DNA from: an uncultured Pelagibacteraceae bacterium
Lineage (GTDB): Bacteria > Pseudomonadota > Alphaproteobacteria > Pelagibacterales > Pelagibacteraceae
NCBI GenBank assembly: GCA_902612225.1
Contig: CACMCS010000003.1
Location: 1,983 to 65,982, forward strand
Direction: 5' to 3'
Length of the DNA stretch: 64,000 nucleotides
Shown here piece after piece: positions 52,588-63,449 of the stretch (positions are counted from its first letter, which is position 1; every line of letters starts with the position of its first letter). Below the pieces are notes generated by a model, which saw only the letters and a list, made by a program, of their open reading frames with translations, was not told the origin of the DNA and did not search any database. The translations under genes were made by a program, and so were the position numbers.

Positions 52588-53265
52588 ATGCTAACAAAAA
52601 AACAAAAAAATCTGCTTTTATTTATCAACAAGAAGTTGAGAAGCTCTGGTGTTTCTCCTTCTTATGAGGAGATGAAAGCTTCGTTAAACCTTAAGTCTAA
52701 GTCTGGAATTCATAGACTTATAAGTGCATTAGAAGAGAGAGGTTTTATTAAAAGACTTGCTCATAAAGCAAGAGCATTAGAAGTAATTAAATTGCCAGAA
52801 ACAGCCTCTGCAAACGACATTTATAACAGTTTTTCACCAAGTGTTATTAAAGGTGGTTTAGATGAGGAAAATTTATCATCAGATGATGCCGAGGTACCAG
52901 TTTTAGGAAAAATTGCTGCTGGAACACCTGTTGAAGCTATTCAAAATGAGGTTTCGAGAATACCTTTGCCAAATAATTTAGAGAAAAATGGAGATTATTT
53001 TGGTTTAAAAGTTCAAGGGGACTCGATGATCGAAGCTGGTATTCATGAGGGTGATACAGTAATTATTAAAAGAACAGATACAGCTGATAATGGAAAAATT
53101 GTTGTTGCTCTAATTGATGAGCATGAAGCAATGTTAAAAAGAATTAGAAAAAAAGGTAAAGTTGTTGCGTTAGAAAGTGCCAATAAGAATTACGAAACTA
53201 AAATCTTTGGCCCTGATAGAGTAAAAGTTCAGGGTGTATTAGTATCTTTATATAGAAACTTCTAA
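52588..53265 (+). CDS. lexA: SOS repressor LexA
   Basis: [18 protein letters not shown] cleavage site, GDSM and LKR catalytic residues. Confidence 0.97.
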   Translation: MLTKKQKNLLLFINKKLRSSGVSPSYEEMKASLNLKSKSGIHRLISALEERGFIKRLAHKARALEVIKLPETASANDIYNSFSPSVIKGGLDEENLSSDDAEVPVLGKIAAGTPVEAIQNEVSRIPLPNNLEKNGDYFGLKVQGDSMIEAGIHEGDTVIIKRTDTADNGKIVVALIDEHEAMLKRIRKKGKVVALESANKNYETKIFGPDRVKVQGVLVSLYRNF

Positions 53266-53287
53266 AAAAATAGTCTAAACCATTTTA

Positions 53288-54685
53288 ATGAAAAAAGTAG
53301 CAACTAGATTTGCTCCCTCACCTACTGGTGCATTGCATATTGGTGGTGTTAGAACAGCTTTATTTAATTGGTTATACTCCAAAAATCACAATGGTAAATT
53401 TTATTTAAGGGTGGAAGATACAGATAAAGAAAGATCTAAAGATGAATTCAGAGATCAAATAATACAATCGCTTAAATGGATCGGTATCAACTATGATGGA
53501 GAAGAATATATTCAATCAAAAAAAGTAGACGATCACATAAAAGTTGCAAATGAGCTACTTAAAAATGGTAATGCATATAAATGTTATTGTTCAAGTGAAG
53601 AAATAGAAGAACAAAAAAAAAGAGCTAGACAAAAAAAGATTCCTTATATTTACGATAGAAAATGGAGAGATAAAAAAGAATCTGATGCACCTAAAGATAT
53701 TAAACCTGTTATTAGATTTAAAAGTAAGATTGATGGAACATCAATATTGAAAGATTTAGTTCAAGGTGATGTTGAGATTGACAATAATACAATAGAAGAC
53801 TTTATAATCTTGAGAAATGATGGGTCTCCTACATATAATTTATCAGCATCCGTGGACGATCACCAAATGAACATGACACATATTATTAGAGGTGACGATC
53901 ATAAAATAAACACCTTCAAACAAATACAAATTTATCAAGCTATGAAATGGGAATTACCATCATTTGCTCACATACCATTGATACATACCATAGAAGGTAA
54001 GAAACTATCAAAACGAGATCAGGCATCTACATTAGATGATTATTCCAAAATAGGCATAATGCCAGATGCCCTTCGAAATTACCTTTTAAGACTAGGCTGG
54101 TCTTACAAAGATAAAGAAATATTTACATTGGAGGAAAGCATAAAATTTTTTAATTTAGAAGGTATAGGAAAATCTCCCTCTAAACTTGATATGAGTAGAA
54201 TTTTATCAATGAACGAACATTATATTAAGAATATTAATGAAAATGATTTATTCACTCAATTAACTGAATATTGCAAATTATATAAAAGTGAAATTCAATC
54301 AGATAAAAAAGATAAGATTAAAAAATCTCTTGCTTTCTTGAAAAATAAAGCAAAAACTTTAGAGGATATATTTAATAATGGTCAATATATTATAAAAGAT
54401 GAGGTCGATTTTAATAAGGATGATCTTAAATTAATTGATGAGAAAGCAAGAAAAGTAATTTCTGACTTTAATGATCGATTTGAAAAAATAGATCAGCCTT
54501 CTCGAGAAATTTTAGAACCAATAGTAAATGAGCTTATAAAATCTCATGACACAAATTTTAAGGGAGTTGGACAACCATTAAGGATTGCTTTAACAGGTTC
54601 GAAGTTCGGACCTGGTATTTATGATATAATTTTATCATTAGGAAAAGAGGAAGTTCAAAAACGACTAAGAGCTAAGATAGCTTGA
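53288..54685 (+). CDS. gltX: Glutamate--tRNA ligase
   Basis: RFAPSPTG.LHIGG, RGDDH and KLSKR motifs. Confidence 0.97.
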   Translation: MKKVATRFAPSPTGALHIGGVRTALFNWLYSKNHNGKFYLRVEDTDKERSKDEFRDQIIQSLKWIGINYDGEEYIQSKKVDDHIKVANELLKNGNAYKCYCSSEEIEEQKKRARQKKIPYIYDRKWRDKKESDAPKDIKPVIRFKSKIDGTSILKDLVQGDVEIDNNTIEDFIILRNDGSPTYNLSASVDDHQMNMTHIIRGDDHKINTFKQIQIYQAMKWELPSFAHIPLIHTIEGKKLSKRDQASTLDDYSKIGIMPDALRNYLLRLGWSYKDKEIFTLEESIKFFNLEGIGKSPSKLDMSRILSMNEHYIKNINENDLFTQLTEYCKLYKSEIQSDKKDKIKKSLAFLKNKAKTLEDIFNNGQYIIKDEVDFNKDDLKLIDEKARKVISDFNDRFEKIDQPSREILEPIVNELIKSHDTNFKGVGQPLRIALTGSKFGPGIYDIILSLGKEEVQKRLRAKIA

Positions 54686-55801
54686 AACTATCTCTGTGGC
54701 TTCTGATGATGAAGAAGTTTTAGATTTGATCTCATTTAAAGTCTTATCCACATCAAGAATTTGTTTTTTCATAAGTTCAGGGTTTTTTAAAAAATATACT
54801 ACAGATCTAAAAATTTCTTTTGAATTACATTCTTTTTGAATTAATTCTGGAATTATTTCTTTTTGGTTAATTATATTAATTATATTTGCAAATTTTGTCT
54901 TAACTAAAAATTTTACAATAAAAAAATTAATAAAATTCATTTTATAAATTACGATAGACGGAACTTTTGCATTGCAGATTTCAAGAGAAACAGTTCCAGA
55001 TTTTGCCACAGCAAATATTGAGTTTGATAAAATTTGTGATTTTATGTTTTCTTCTGATATCACATCAACATTATCAAAATTTGTTTTTTTAATCTCATCT
55101 TTTATCAAATCTTTATTTTGATCAGTCGCATGAAAAATAAAATTATATTCATTAAATTTTTTATTCATTAATTTAATAAAATCTATTAAGATTGGTAAAA
55201 GAATGTTTGTTTCAGATGTTCGACTTCCAGCGAATAAAGATATAATTTTTTTATTGTCATCAATTATATTTGATAAATCTGTCTTAACATTCTCTTTATT
55301 TTCAAGTAATGGATGACCAACAAAAGTATTTTTAATATTTTCTTTATCAAAGTATTTCTTTTCAAAATTGAATAGTAATAAAACATGGTCTAAAAACTTT
55401 TTAAAATTCTTAACCCTACCCTCTCTCCATACCCATACTTGTGGTGCAACATAATGTATTGTTTTAATATTAGGATTGATACTTTTTACTTTTTCAGCAA
55501 CTCTTAAGGTAAAATCTGGGCTATCTACACTAAAAAGAATATCAGGATTAAATTCAATTATTTTATTTACGGTTTCGTTAATTTTATTTCTGATTTTAAA
55601 TAAATTTATAATAACACTAGTAAAACCAATATAAGTTATTTCTTTAAGATCATATATTGATTTGATGCCAAGTTTATTTAGATGAGAACCCCCGACGCTT
55701 AAATATTCTATATCTGAGTTACTCTGTTGAAGCTTTGTAATTACAGTTGATGCCAATTTATCTCCTGAGGGTTCACCTGTTAATATAAAAATTTTTTTCA
55801 T
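54665..55801 (-). CDS. lpxB: Lipid-A-disaccharide synthase
   Basis: GEPSGD, DSPDF, YVAPQVWVWR, VGHP, GSR and SGT motifs. Confidence 0.95.
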   Translation of the reverse strand: MKKIFILTGEPSGDKLASTVITKLQQSNSDIEYLSVGGSHLNKLGIKSIYDLKEITYIGFTSVIINLFKIRNKINETVNKIIEFNPDILFSVDSPDFTLRVAEKVKSINPNIKTIHYVAPQVWVWREGRVKNFKKFLDHVLLLFNFEKKYFDKENIKNTFVGHPLLENKENVKTDLSNIIDDNKKIISLFAGSRTSETNILLPILIDFIKLMNKKFNEYNFIFHATDQNKDLIKDEIKKTNFDNVDVISEENIKSQILSNSIFAVAKSGTVSLEICNAKVPSIVIYKMNFINFFIVKFLVKTKFANIINIINQKEIIPELIQKECNSKEIFRSVVYFLKNPELMKKQILDVDKTLNEIKSKTSSSSEATEIVSSYLSS

Positions 55802-56592
55802 TTCACTGAAATAAACATCTTATTTTTATTAGCAAAACTAATGCATTTATTTTTGTCTAAAAACACATGTTGTTTACTTTTTACAACAATGCCTTTTAAT
55901 CCAGCTGTCTTACTTTGTTTTAACGTTTTTAAACCAATGGTAGGTAAGTCAACTCTGAGATCCTGTTTTTTTTTTGGAAACTTAACTAAAACACCATGGT
56001 TTCTAAATTTTTTACTTTTACTTTTTTCAAGCATTTTTTTAGTTCCACCTTTTCCCTCTATTGAAATTACTTTTTTATTTCTGACTACTACAGCCTGGCT
56101 GTAATTATATTCTTTTAAATTATTTAGCGTTTTAATAGCTTTCTTAATATCTAATTGATCAGTATTATTTGGTTTAATCTTTGAATAATTCCCCTTTTTA
56201 AGTGTAAGCTCTGGATTAAATTTAAGAGAATTTTCTGTTTTTATATTATTTTGAGCTAATATCTTTATAATTTCTTTCAAAATTGCTGCATCACCAAGCT
56301 TCGATGCTTTAATAATTCTTGGAATATAATAAATCCCTTTAAAATCTAGTTTTAACTTAGAAAAGTTTGGTTTGTTAACTTTTCCTGCAAATAAGACTCT
56401 TTTACAGCTATTTTCCTTAAGAATATTAATTATTTTACCAAATTGACCTATAGAGACTGAATTAGATTTACTCTCTTTTTTAAATCTTTTTGATTTAGAT
56501 AAATCAATTATTAAGTGCTTTATTTTTTTTTTCTTTATTGTTTTAAGTATTTTATTTGGAAAATCTGTATCACCAAAAATTAATCCTATCAT
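55798..56592 (-). CDS. lpxI: UDP-2,3-diacylglucosamine diphosphatase LpxI
   Basis: QDLRVDLPTIG..T motif; located between lpxA and lpxB. Confidence 0.9.
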   Translation of the reverse strand: MIGLIFGDTDFPNKILKTIKKKKIKHLIIDLSKSKRFKKESKSNSVSIGQFGKIINILKENSCKRVLFAGKVNKPNFSKLKLDFKGIYYIPRIIKASKLGDAAILKEIIKILAQNNIKTENSLKFNPELTLKKGNYSKIKPNNTDQLDIKKAIKTLNNLKEYNYSQAVVVRNKKVISIEGKGGTKKMLEKSKSKKFRNHGVLVKFPKKKQDLRVDLPTIGLKTLKQSKTAGLKGIVVKSKQHVFLDKNKCISFANKNKMFISVK

Positions 56593-56593
56593 C

Positions 56594-57370
56594 TTATGAA
56601 AATGGGGTACAAATAGATCTTTTTTTATCCTTAGTGATAAATTCTATTACTTCTTTAACTAATGGATTTTTCTGAAATGAGCCATTTAATTTACTTATAT
56701 TTTCATTGATATTTTTAGTAGCGAAAATCTCTTTATATGCCTCGCTTAATCCTAAAATATCCTTATTTTCAAATTTAGCTCTTCTTAAGCCTATTAGATT
56801 TAATCCCTGCAATGAATTTCTATTTCCTGTTGATAATCCATATGGAATAACATCGTGTAATACTCCTGTCATTCCTCCAATCATTGCCATCTTACCAATT
56901 CTCGTAAACTGTTGAACAGCAGAATTTCCACCAATAACTACGTTATCCTCAATAATAGCATGACCTCCTAGAGGTACATTGTTTGCTATAATTACATTAT
57001 TACCAACCTGACAATCATGGGCTATGTGAGATGAAATCATAAATAAACAATTATTTCCAATTATAGTTTTACCTCCACCACCGACCGTTCCAGGATTTAT
57101 TGTTACATACTCTCTTATTTTATTATTATCTCCAACAACTAAACTTGTTTCTTCATTATTATATTTTAAATCTTGAGGATCATTAATTGAAACAAATGGA
57201 TAAATCTTATTTCCTTTTCCAATTTTAGTATTTCCTGTAATGCTTACATGTGATTGGATCTCTGTATTCTCTCCGATCTCTACATTAGGACCTATTATGG
57301 TGTATGGACCAATTTTAACATTAGAGTGAACTTTTGCACTTTTGTTTATTATAGCTGTTTTATCTATCAT
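56594..57370 (-). CDS. lpxA: UDP-N-acetylglucosamine acyltransferase
   Basis: Hexapeptide repeats; PQDLKY, IREYVTI and HIAHDC motifs. Confidence 0.96.
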   Translation of the reverse strand: MIDKTAIINKSAKVHSNVKIGPYTIIGPNVEIGENTEIQSHVSITGNTKIGKGNKIYPFVSINDPQDLKYNNEETSLVVGDNNKIREYVTINPGTVGGGGKTIIGNNCLFMISSHIAHDCQVGNNVIIANNVPLGGHAIIEDNVVIGGNSAVQQFTRIGKMAMIGGMTGVLHDVIPYGLSTGNRNSLQGLNLIGLRRAKFENKDILGLSEAYKEIFATKNINENISKLNGSFQKNPLVKEVIEFITKDKKRSICTPFS

Positions 57371-58344
57371 TTGTTTTCCCTAATAAAATTTTTTAATTCT
57401 TTTGCTGGATAGCCCATTACTTTAGAATTATCGGGAATATTCTTTATAACTCCACTGCCACCACCAATTTGCACATTATTACCAATCTTAAGATGACCTG
57501 AGATACCTGCCTGACCTCCAATCATAACATTATTGCCTAAAGTTGAGCTTCCGGCAAAACCTACTTGTCCAGCAATTATACAATTCTCACCAATTTTAAC
57601 GTTATGAGCTATATGTATTTGATTATCTAAATAAGTATTTTTTCCTATAATTGTGTTTGAAAGAGAACCTCTATCTATCGTAGATCCACAGCCTATTTCA
57701 ACATTATCCTCAATAATTACAATTCCTATTTGAGGGTACCTAAAATTTGAGTCTTTATTCGGGAAAAAACCAAATCCTTTTTTTCCAATTACACAGCCAT
57801 CTAAAATGTGAACATTATTCTTAATTAATGAATTTCTAATAATTACATTTGATCCTATAGAAGAATTGTCACCTATATTCACATTTTTCTCTATTATTGA
57901 ATTATGACCAATTAAACAATTTTTACCAATTTTTACATTTTCGCCAATAAGAACATTTTTTCCATATTTGATCTTATCTTTAAGTTCTGTCTCAGTTATA
58001 TTTCTTACGGTGTTGTCATAATCATCAGTAATAGAGTCCGGGTAGAAAATTTTTGTTATTTGAGCAGTATGTAATAAAACTTTGTCAGTAATTATAGCCT
58101 TACAGTTATTTGGTAAAAATGATTGAAAATTTTCAGTAGTTAGACAATAAGAAGCCTTGGTTTTTTTTGCCAAATCAGTGTATTTTTTTGAATGTAGAAA
58201 AGTTATTTCACTTTTTTCAGATGAGTTAAGATCTTTAATATCTGTGATTTTATCATCAGGGAAATTGTCATTCTTTAAGTTAATATGCTTTAGTAAAAAA
58301 TTTATATCATGCGGACCAGTATTTTTAAAAAAAGGATTAATCAT
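57367..58344 (-). CDS. lpxD: UDP-3-O-acylglucosamine N-acyltransferase
   Basis: GFGF, PQIG, TIDRG, DNQIHIAHN and GYPA motifs; ATG 58344 preferred over TTG 58362. Confidence 0.94.
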   Translation of the reverse strand: MINPFFKNTGPHDINFLLKHINLKNDNFPDDKITDIKDLNSSEKSEITFLHSKKYTDLAKKTKASYCLTTENFQSFLPNNCKAIITDKVLLHTAQITKIFYPDSITDDYDNTVRNITETELKDKIKYGKNVLIGENVKIGKNCLIGHNSIIEKNVNIGDNSSIGSNVIIRNSLIKNNVHILDGCVIGKKGFGFFPNKDSNFRYPQIGIVIIEDNVEIGCGSTIDRGSLSNTIIGKNTYLDNQIHIAHNVKIGENCIIAGQVGFAGSSTLGNNVMIGGQAGISGHLKIGNNVQIGGGSGVIKNIPDNSKVMGYPAKELKNFIRENK

Positions 58345-58398
58345 TTGTAAGTTTAATATCAAAACTTATTTTAAAAGCTTATCAAGATTTATTGCTAA

Positions 58399-58851
58399 TT
58401 ATTTCCTATCAACAATTGTAGCTGACCACTGAGCATCTGACATTTTTTTGCCATCCACAAAGGCTTCTCCCTTATATTTCCAAACTCTACCATGCGATCT
58501 AATAGCTTCAATATTCAATTCAAGTTTACAATTCGGTATTACAGGATTTCTAAATCTTGCTTTTTCGACACTCATCAAAAAAACTAACTTATTATCATAC
58601 TCTTTTTTATCAATCCCATGAGCTGTTAAAGCGGCAGCTGCTTGACCAAACGCTTCAACAATTAGAACACCCGGCAAAACGGGATTACCTGGAAAATGTC
58701 CATCAACATAAAAAGAGTTTTTTTTTACATTCATTATCGCTGTTGCTGAGTGAAGATGTTTTATATTAATTAATTCATCTATAAGTAACATTGGTTCCCT
58801 GTGAGGTAACAGTTCAATTATCTCAGATTTTGTTAATTTATCTTTAGTCAT
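58399..58851 (-). CDS. fabZ: 3-hydroxyacyl-ACP dehydratase
   Basis: LPHREPMLL and GHFP..PVLPGVL.VEA motifs. Confidence 0.96.
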   Translation of the reverse strand: MTKDKLTKSEIIELLPHREPMLLIDELINIKHLHSATAIMNVKKNSFYVDGHFPGNPVLPGVLIVEAFGQAAAALTAHGIDKKEYDNKLVFLMSVEKARFRNPVIPNCKLELNIEAIRSHGRVWKYKGEAFVDGKKMSDAQWSATIVDRK

Positions 58852-58859
58852 TAATCTTT

Positions 58860-59378
58860 TTAATCAAATTTAATTTTTTTATGTTTGTCATTAAATATTT
58901 TAAGAATTTCTTCAGTTATATCTAATTCTTTATCTCCAAATATTATTTGTTCTTTTTGTAATAAAATCTGTACAGACTCTTTTTTAAGAAAAGATGTAAT
59001 AAGAGGATTTAAAGCTTCAATAATTTTTTTTTGAGAATTCATTCTATATTTATTAAAGTCTTCATTTTTTTTCATTCTAATATTATTAAACTTTTTGATT
59101 TCATCTTCATAAGTTCTCACTAACTTTTCATACTCTTCTTTTTTAAGTATATTTTTTTGAGAAATAATTTTATCTTTTTTATCCTCAATTTTTTTGCTTA
59201 AATCATTTAATTCCGAAGTAATTTTTTTACTTTTATTTTCTATAATCTTATTTAAATTTTTTCCTGCTTCTGAATTTTTTACAATATAATTAATATTTAT
59301 AAATCTAATGTTCTCACTTGCATTTGAAGCGCATACAAAAAAAACTAAAATAAATATTTTAGCTAAAAAAAATTTCAT
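58860..59378 (-). CDS. skp: OmpH/Skp-family outer-membrane chaperone
   Basis: Signal peptide, long coiled coil, DITEE motif; follows bamA. Confidence 0.85.
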   Translation of the reverse strand: MKFFLAKIFILVFFVCASNASENIRFININYIVKNSEAGKNLNKIIENKSKKITSELNDLSKKIEDKKDKIISQKNILKKEEYEKLVRTYEDEIKKFNNIRMKKNEDFNKYRMNSQKKIIEALNPLITSFLKKESVQILLQKEQIIFGDKELDITEEILKIFNDKHKKIKFD

Positions 59379-61627
59379 TAAAATTGAGTTCCTAGATTAA
59401 ACCTAAAAGTTTCAGTTTTATCTGTGGAAGCTTTTGACAACGCGTTTGCAAATGAAAAACTAAGAGGACCAATTGGTGTCATTAAATTAAGTGCAACTCC
59501 TGTAGATGATCTAATTGTGCTTTTATCATCAATAGAACTATCATAATCGACTCCCCAAATGTTGGCAGCATCAACAAAAACACCAACATCAAGATTGTCT
59601 AATCCTTGAACCAAATTTGGAAGAGTTGCAGAGAAATTTAATGATGAAACATAATTTCCTCCAATATAATCGCTATTTTCAACCGGCCCAACTTTGCCCC
59701 TTTGAAAACCTCTTAATCTGGAAGCAGGTACATTCAATCTTTTGGAGACCCTTACATCATCACTCAAACCAGTAATTGTTTTACCAAAAAAACTTACCTT
59801 TCCAACCATATCAGATGTAGATGAAAGTTTTTTATAATTAGTAATTACAAATGCATTAGATAATTCTGCATTATCTGAAACCAAAGGTAATTCTTGTGAA
59901 AAAGTAGTTACATATCCACTTTCGGTTCTAAATCTTTTATCTCTTAAATCCTGATTTATAGAGTAATTAAAATATAAATCTGTATATGATCCCTCTTGTT
60001 TTTTTAAAATGTTAGAAGCTTTATCTGAAGTTTCCAAATCCTCAATGAGAAAGTCTATTTCTGGACTGAGAAATACATTCTGAAATTGCTCAAATTCAGT
60101 TCCTAAAGAAAAACCAATTTCAGAGGTTTTATAACCTGAATTTGTTAATAAATCAGTCGTAGAGCTTTTTAGTGAAGTAAATAAAGTATTATCACTATAG
60201 TTGAAATTGGGTTTTGCATATATAAATTGACCTTTAATTGAGTCTGCTGTCAATTCTAAGTTAGTATTTAGTTTAATACCTTTACCTAAAAAGTTATTTT
60301 CCTTAATTCCTGCACCAATAGTTTCTCCAGTTGTACCAAAGCCTGCAGTTAAAGAAATTTCACCAGTGGGTCTTTCCTCAACATCAATATCTATCTCTTT
60401 AAATGACTGATTTGAGCCATCTCTAACATCGGTTGTTACTTTTTTAAAAATTCCTAAGCTTTGAATATTATTTACAGATTTATTGAACAAAATTTCATTA
60501 AATGGATCTCCCTCATCCACTATAAGATTATTTCTGACAACTTCTTCTAAAGTATTAAAGTTTCCTTTGATATTTATTTTTTCGATATAATATTTATCAC
60601 TTTCAGAAATATTAATATCAAAATCAATTTTATCTCCATTAACTTTTTCTACAATCGAGGCATTAATAAATTCATATTGTTTTGATAATGCAATATCATT
60701 AATGTCATCTAAAAGATCATTAACTTTAAGAAGAGAATAAGTATCCCCTTTTAGTTTGGAAAATTTTTTTGTTATTTTTTTGAATAATTTTTCATTATAA
60801 TTGGTTGGTAAATTCAATGAAAAATTGTTAAAAAAATATTTTTTTCCCGGTGTGATATTAAAAATTAAATTAAAATTTGAATTTTTGTCAAATTCAACAA
60901 AAGAATTTTCTATTTTAACGTTGAAGTATCCATTATTTTTAAAATAATTTGAAAGAAGTCTTTGATCAAGATTTATCAACTCTTGATTTATATAAACATT
61001 TCTTGATACAAATTTCCAAAATTTATGTTCCTCTGAAACGATTACTTCTTTTAATCTTTTTTCTTTAAAAATTTTCTCACCGAGAAATACAATTTTTTTG
61101 ATTTTTGCTTTTTCTCCCAATTCAACATCAATTTTTAAATCAATAGCATTTAATTTTTCATCTAAATTTTTAGAACTGTTGATTTTTGCAAAATAATAAC
61201 CATTCGTCTTCAAAATATTGTAAATCAAATTAATATCAGCTGATAACAATTCCTGATCAAAAGATTTCATTTCTGCTAATTGTAATTTTCCTTTGATAAA
61301 TTCAACCAAAGATTGTTTTTTAATTCCAGATATTTGTAAATTTTCTATGATTGGATTTTCTTCAACTTTTAAAAACAGAGTCTGGTTTTCAAAACTCAAA
61401 TTTATATTTCTAAAAAAATTCGTTTTATAAAGTTTCTTAATCACTTCATCTAATTTACTTTTTGTAATCTCCTCATTTATTTTAATTTCAGAAAAAATAA
61501 TTATGGTTTGATCTGAAATTCTTTTATTTCCTGAAATTTCAATTTTTTGTAAAGTTTCAGCTTTTACAAAAGATAATAGGCAAAAAAGAGTTAATATAAT
61601 TTTTATAAATAACTTACTCATAAACAA
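59378..61627 (-). CDS. bamA: Outer membrane protein assembly factor
   Basis: Five POTRA domains, NFLGKG, LRGF, TPIGPL, C-terminal FNLGTQF. Confidence 0.96.
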   Translation of the reverse strand: MFMSKLFIKIILTLFCLLSFVKAETLQKIEISGNKRISDQTIIIFSEIKINEEITKSKLDEVIKKLYKTNFFRNINLSFENQTLFLKVEENPIIENLQISGIKKQSLVEFIKGKLQLAEMKSFDQELLSADINLIYNILKTNGYYFAKINSSKNLDEKLNAIDLKIDVELGEKAKIKKIVFLGEKIFKEKRLKEVIVSEEHKFWKFVSRNVYINQELINLDQRLLSNYFKNNGYFNVKIENSFVEFDKNSNFNLIFNITPGKKYFFNNFSLNLPTNYNEKLFKKITKKFSKLKGDTYSLLKVNDLLDDINDIALSKQYEFINASIVEKVNGDKIDFDINISESDKYYIEKINIKGNFNTLEEVVRNNLIVDEGDPFNEILFNKSVNNIQSLGIFKKVTTDVRDGSNQSFKEIDIDVEERPTGEISLTAGFGTTGETIGAGIKENNFLGKGIKLNTNLELTADSIKGQFIYAKPNFNYSDNTLFTSLKSSTTDLLTNSGYKTSEIGFSLGTEFEQFQNVFLSPEIDFLIEDLETSDKASNILKKQEGSYTDLYFNYSINQDLRDKRFRTESGYVTTFSQELPLVSDNAELSNAFVITNYKKLSSTSDMVGKVSFFGKTITGLSDDVRVSKRLNVPASRLRGFQRGKVGPVENSDYIGGNYVSSLNFSATLPNLVQGLDNLDVGVFVDAANIWGVDYDSSIDDKSTIRSSTGVALNLMTPIGPLSFSFANALSKASTDKTETFRFNLGTQF

Positions 61628-61632
61628 TAGCT

Positions 61633-62796
61633 TTATATACCTAAAGTATTCAATTTTAAACGAACATAATCCCTTAGATTATATATTTGTTTTATATTTC
61701 TAGGCTTAATCTTCTTAAATTTTTGAAATTCTTTTAAATTTGAAATTTTATTTATTAATTTAATAAGTTCTTGGAAATTAATTTTCCTGTCTAGAAATTT
61801 ATAAACCAGATAGTCATTAGTGGTTATTAAAACTGTTTCAAATAATGATGAATATTTTGGTAATTCATTTAGTAATTCAATTAACGGAAATTTACTTTTT
61901 TCTACCTTATGAAGACTTAAATTATTAAGTGTTTTAAAATCTAAAGGACTGGATTTTATGTTTTTATTTTTTTCAAAGTAAAGAGAATTATAAATGGGTA
62001 TCCTCATGTCTGGTTCGTGAATTAAAAGTTTACTACAACCATTTTTAAATTTGATTATTGTATGAACATATGACTTTGGATGTGTAAGTATTTTAATTTT
62101 GTCATAGCCAATATCAAATATATTTTTTGCTTCAATTACCTCAAAAACTTTGTTCATTAAAGTTGCTGAGTCAATTGTTATTTTTTTTCCCATTATCCAA
62201 TTAGGATGTTTTAAGGCTTCTTTCAACTTAATTTTTTTAAACTGACTTTTGGGTAAGTTAATAAATGGTCCTCCAGATGCAGTAATGTAAATTTTCTCAA
62301 TTTCATTCGTGTTACTGTTATTCAGTAGTGAAAAGATTGAAAAATGTTCTGAGTCAACAGGTATAAACTTTGTTTTATTTTTTTTAAGTTCCTTTTTAAT
62401 AAGCGGCCATCCACATACTATTGCTTCTTTATTTGCTATTGCTATTAATTTTGTTCGATTAATTATTTTATATGTAGGTAATAATCCACCGATTCCTGAA
62501 ATAGCACTCATTACATAATCAACTTTTTTTGGCAAAATTTTTTTCAAATTTTCAAAATTTTGATAAATATTTACTCTTTTATTTTTGCAAATAATTTTTG
62601 TTTTCATAAAACTATTTTGATCAGTAATCACTAAATTCTTAACATCAAATTTCTTTGCTTGATTAATTAAATCTTTATAATTTGTATTAGCTGTTAATAA
62701 TTCTATTCTAAAATTTTTTTTATCTTTTTTAATTATATTGAGTAAAGATTTTCCAATTGAACTTGTTGAACCTAAAATTACAATTTTTTTTTTCAT
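61633..62796 (-). CDS. dxr: 1-deoxy-D-xylulose-5-phosphate reductoisomerase
   Basis: LGSTSSIG, ANKE, PVDSEH, TASGGPF and HPNW.MG.KITIDS motifs. Confidence 0.96.
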   Translation of the reverse strand: MKKKIVILGSTSSIGKSLLNIIKKDKKNFRIELLTANTNYKDLINQAKKFDVKNLVITDQNSFMKTKIICKNKRVNIYQNFENLKKILPKKVDYVMSAISGIGGLLPTYKIINRTKLIAIANKEAIVCGWPLIKKELKKNKTKFIPVDSEHFSIFSLLNNSNTNEIEKIYITASGGPFINLPKSQFKKIKLKEALKHPNWIMGKKITIDSATLMNKVFEVIEAKNIFDIGYDKIKILTHPKSYVHTIIKFKNGCSKLLIHEPDMRIPIYNSLYFEKNKNIKSSPLDFKTLNNLSLHKVEKSKFPLIELLNELPKYSSLFETVLITTNDYLVYKFLDRKINFQELIKLINKISNLKEFQKFKKIKPRNIKQIYNLRDYVRLKLNTLGI

Positions 62797-62804
62797 TACT
62801 AAAT

Positions 62805-63449
62805 TTAACCAATTACTTTCACTGAAATAAATATTGTTGGAAATACAAAAATCAAACCATCAATTCTATCTAATAAACCGCCATGACCAGGGATAATTTT
62901 ACCTGTATCCTTTAACTTTGCTTTTCTTTTAAAGTAAGAAATAATTAAATCACCTATTTGACTGATTAAAGAAATTAATAATATTATTAGAAAAATTGAC
63001 AAACCATTTGAGTTTAAAGTAGTTATGTTTACGCTTAAATAGTTAATGAAAATAAAGCCTGCTATTAGTGATAACAAGAAACTTCCAATAACTCCTGCAT
63101 AAGTTTTTTTGGGACTTATTCTAGTTAACTTAGGACCTTTAAATATTTTGCCAAAAATATAACCACCAATATCTGTAAAAATACAAATTATAACTATGAA
63201 TAAAAAAGGTTTAAAGCTTTCTCCCTCTCTTATCTTGAATGCAGCATAAAATGAAAATAATAAGAATAAAATTCCTAAAAATCTTAATAAATTATTTTTT
63301 TTAATCATTTTAAACCATTCATAGCTTGTTACTAAAAATAATACACTTAAGAAAAATATAAAAATTACTGATCCTTGAATTACAAAAAATATAGATAATG
63401 GTATTAAAATAAGAGAACTCAATATTCTTTTTTCAAATTCCTTGATCAT
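62805..63449 (-). CDS. cdsA: Phosphatidate cytidylyltransferase
   Basis: ISPKKT, KR..KD.G.IIPGHGGLLDRID motifs. Confidence 0.95.
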   Translation of the reverse strand: MIKEFEKRILSSLILIPLSIFFVIQGSVIFIFFLSVLFLVTSYEWFKMIKKNNLLRFLGILFLLFSFYAAFKIREGESFKPFLFIVIICIFTDIGGYIFGKIFKGPKLTRISPKKTYAGVIGSFLLSLIAGFIFINYLSVNITTLNSNGLSIFLIILLISLISQIGDLIISYFKRKAKLKDTGKIIPGHGGLLDRIDGLIFVFPTIFISVKVIG

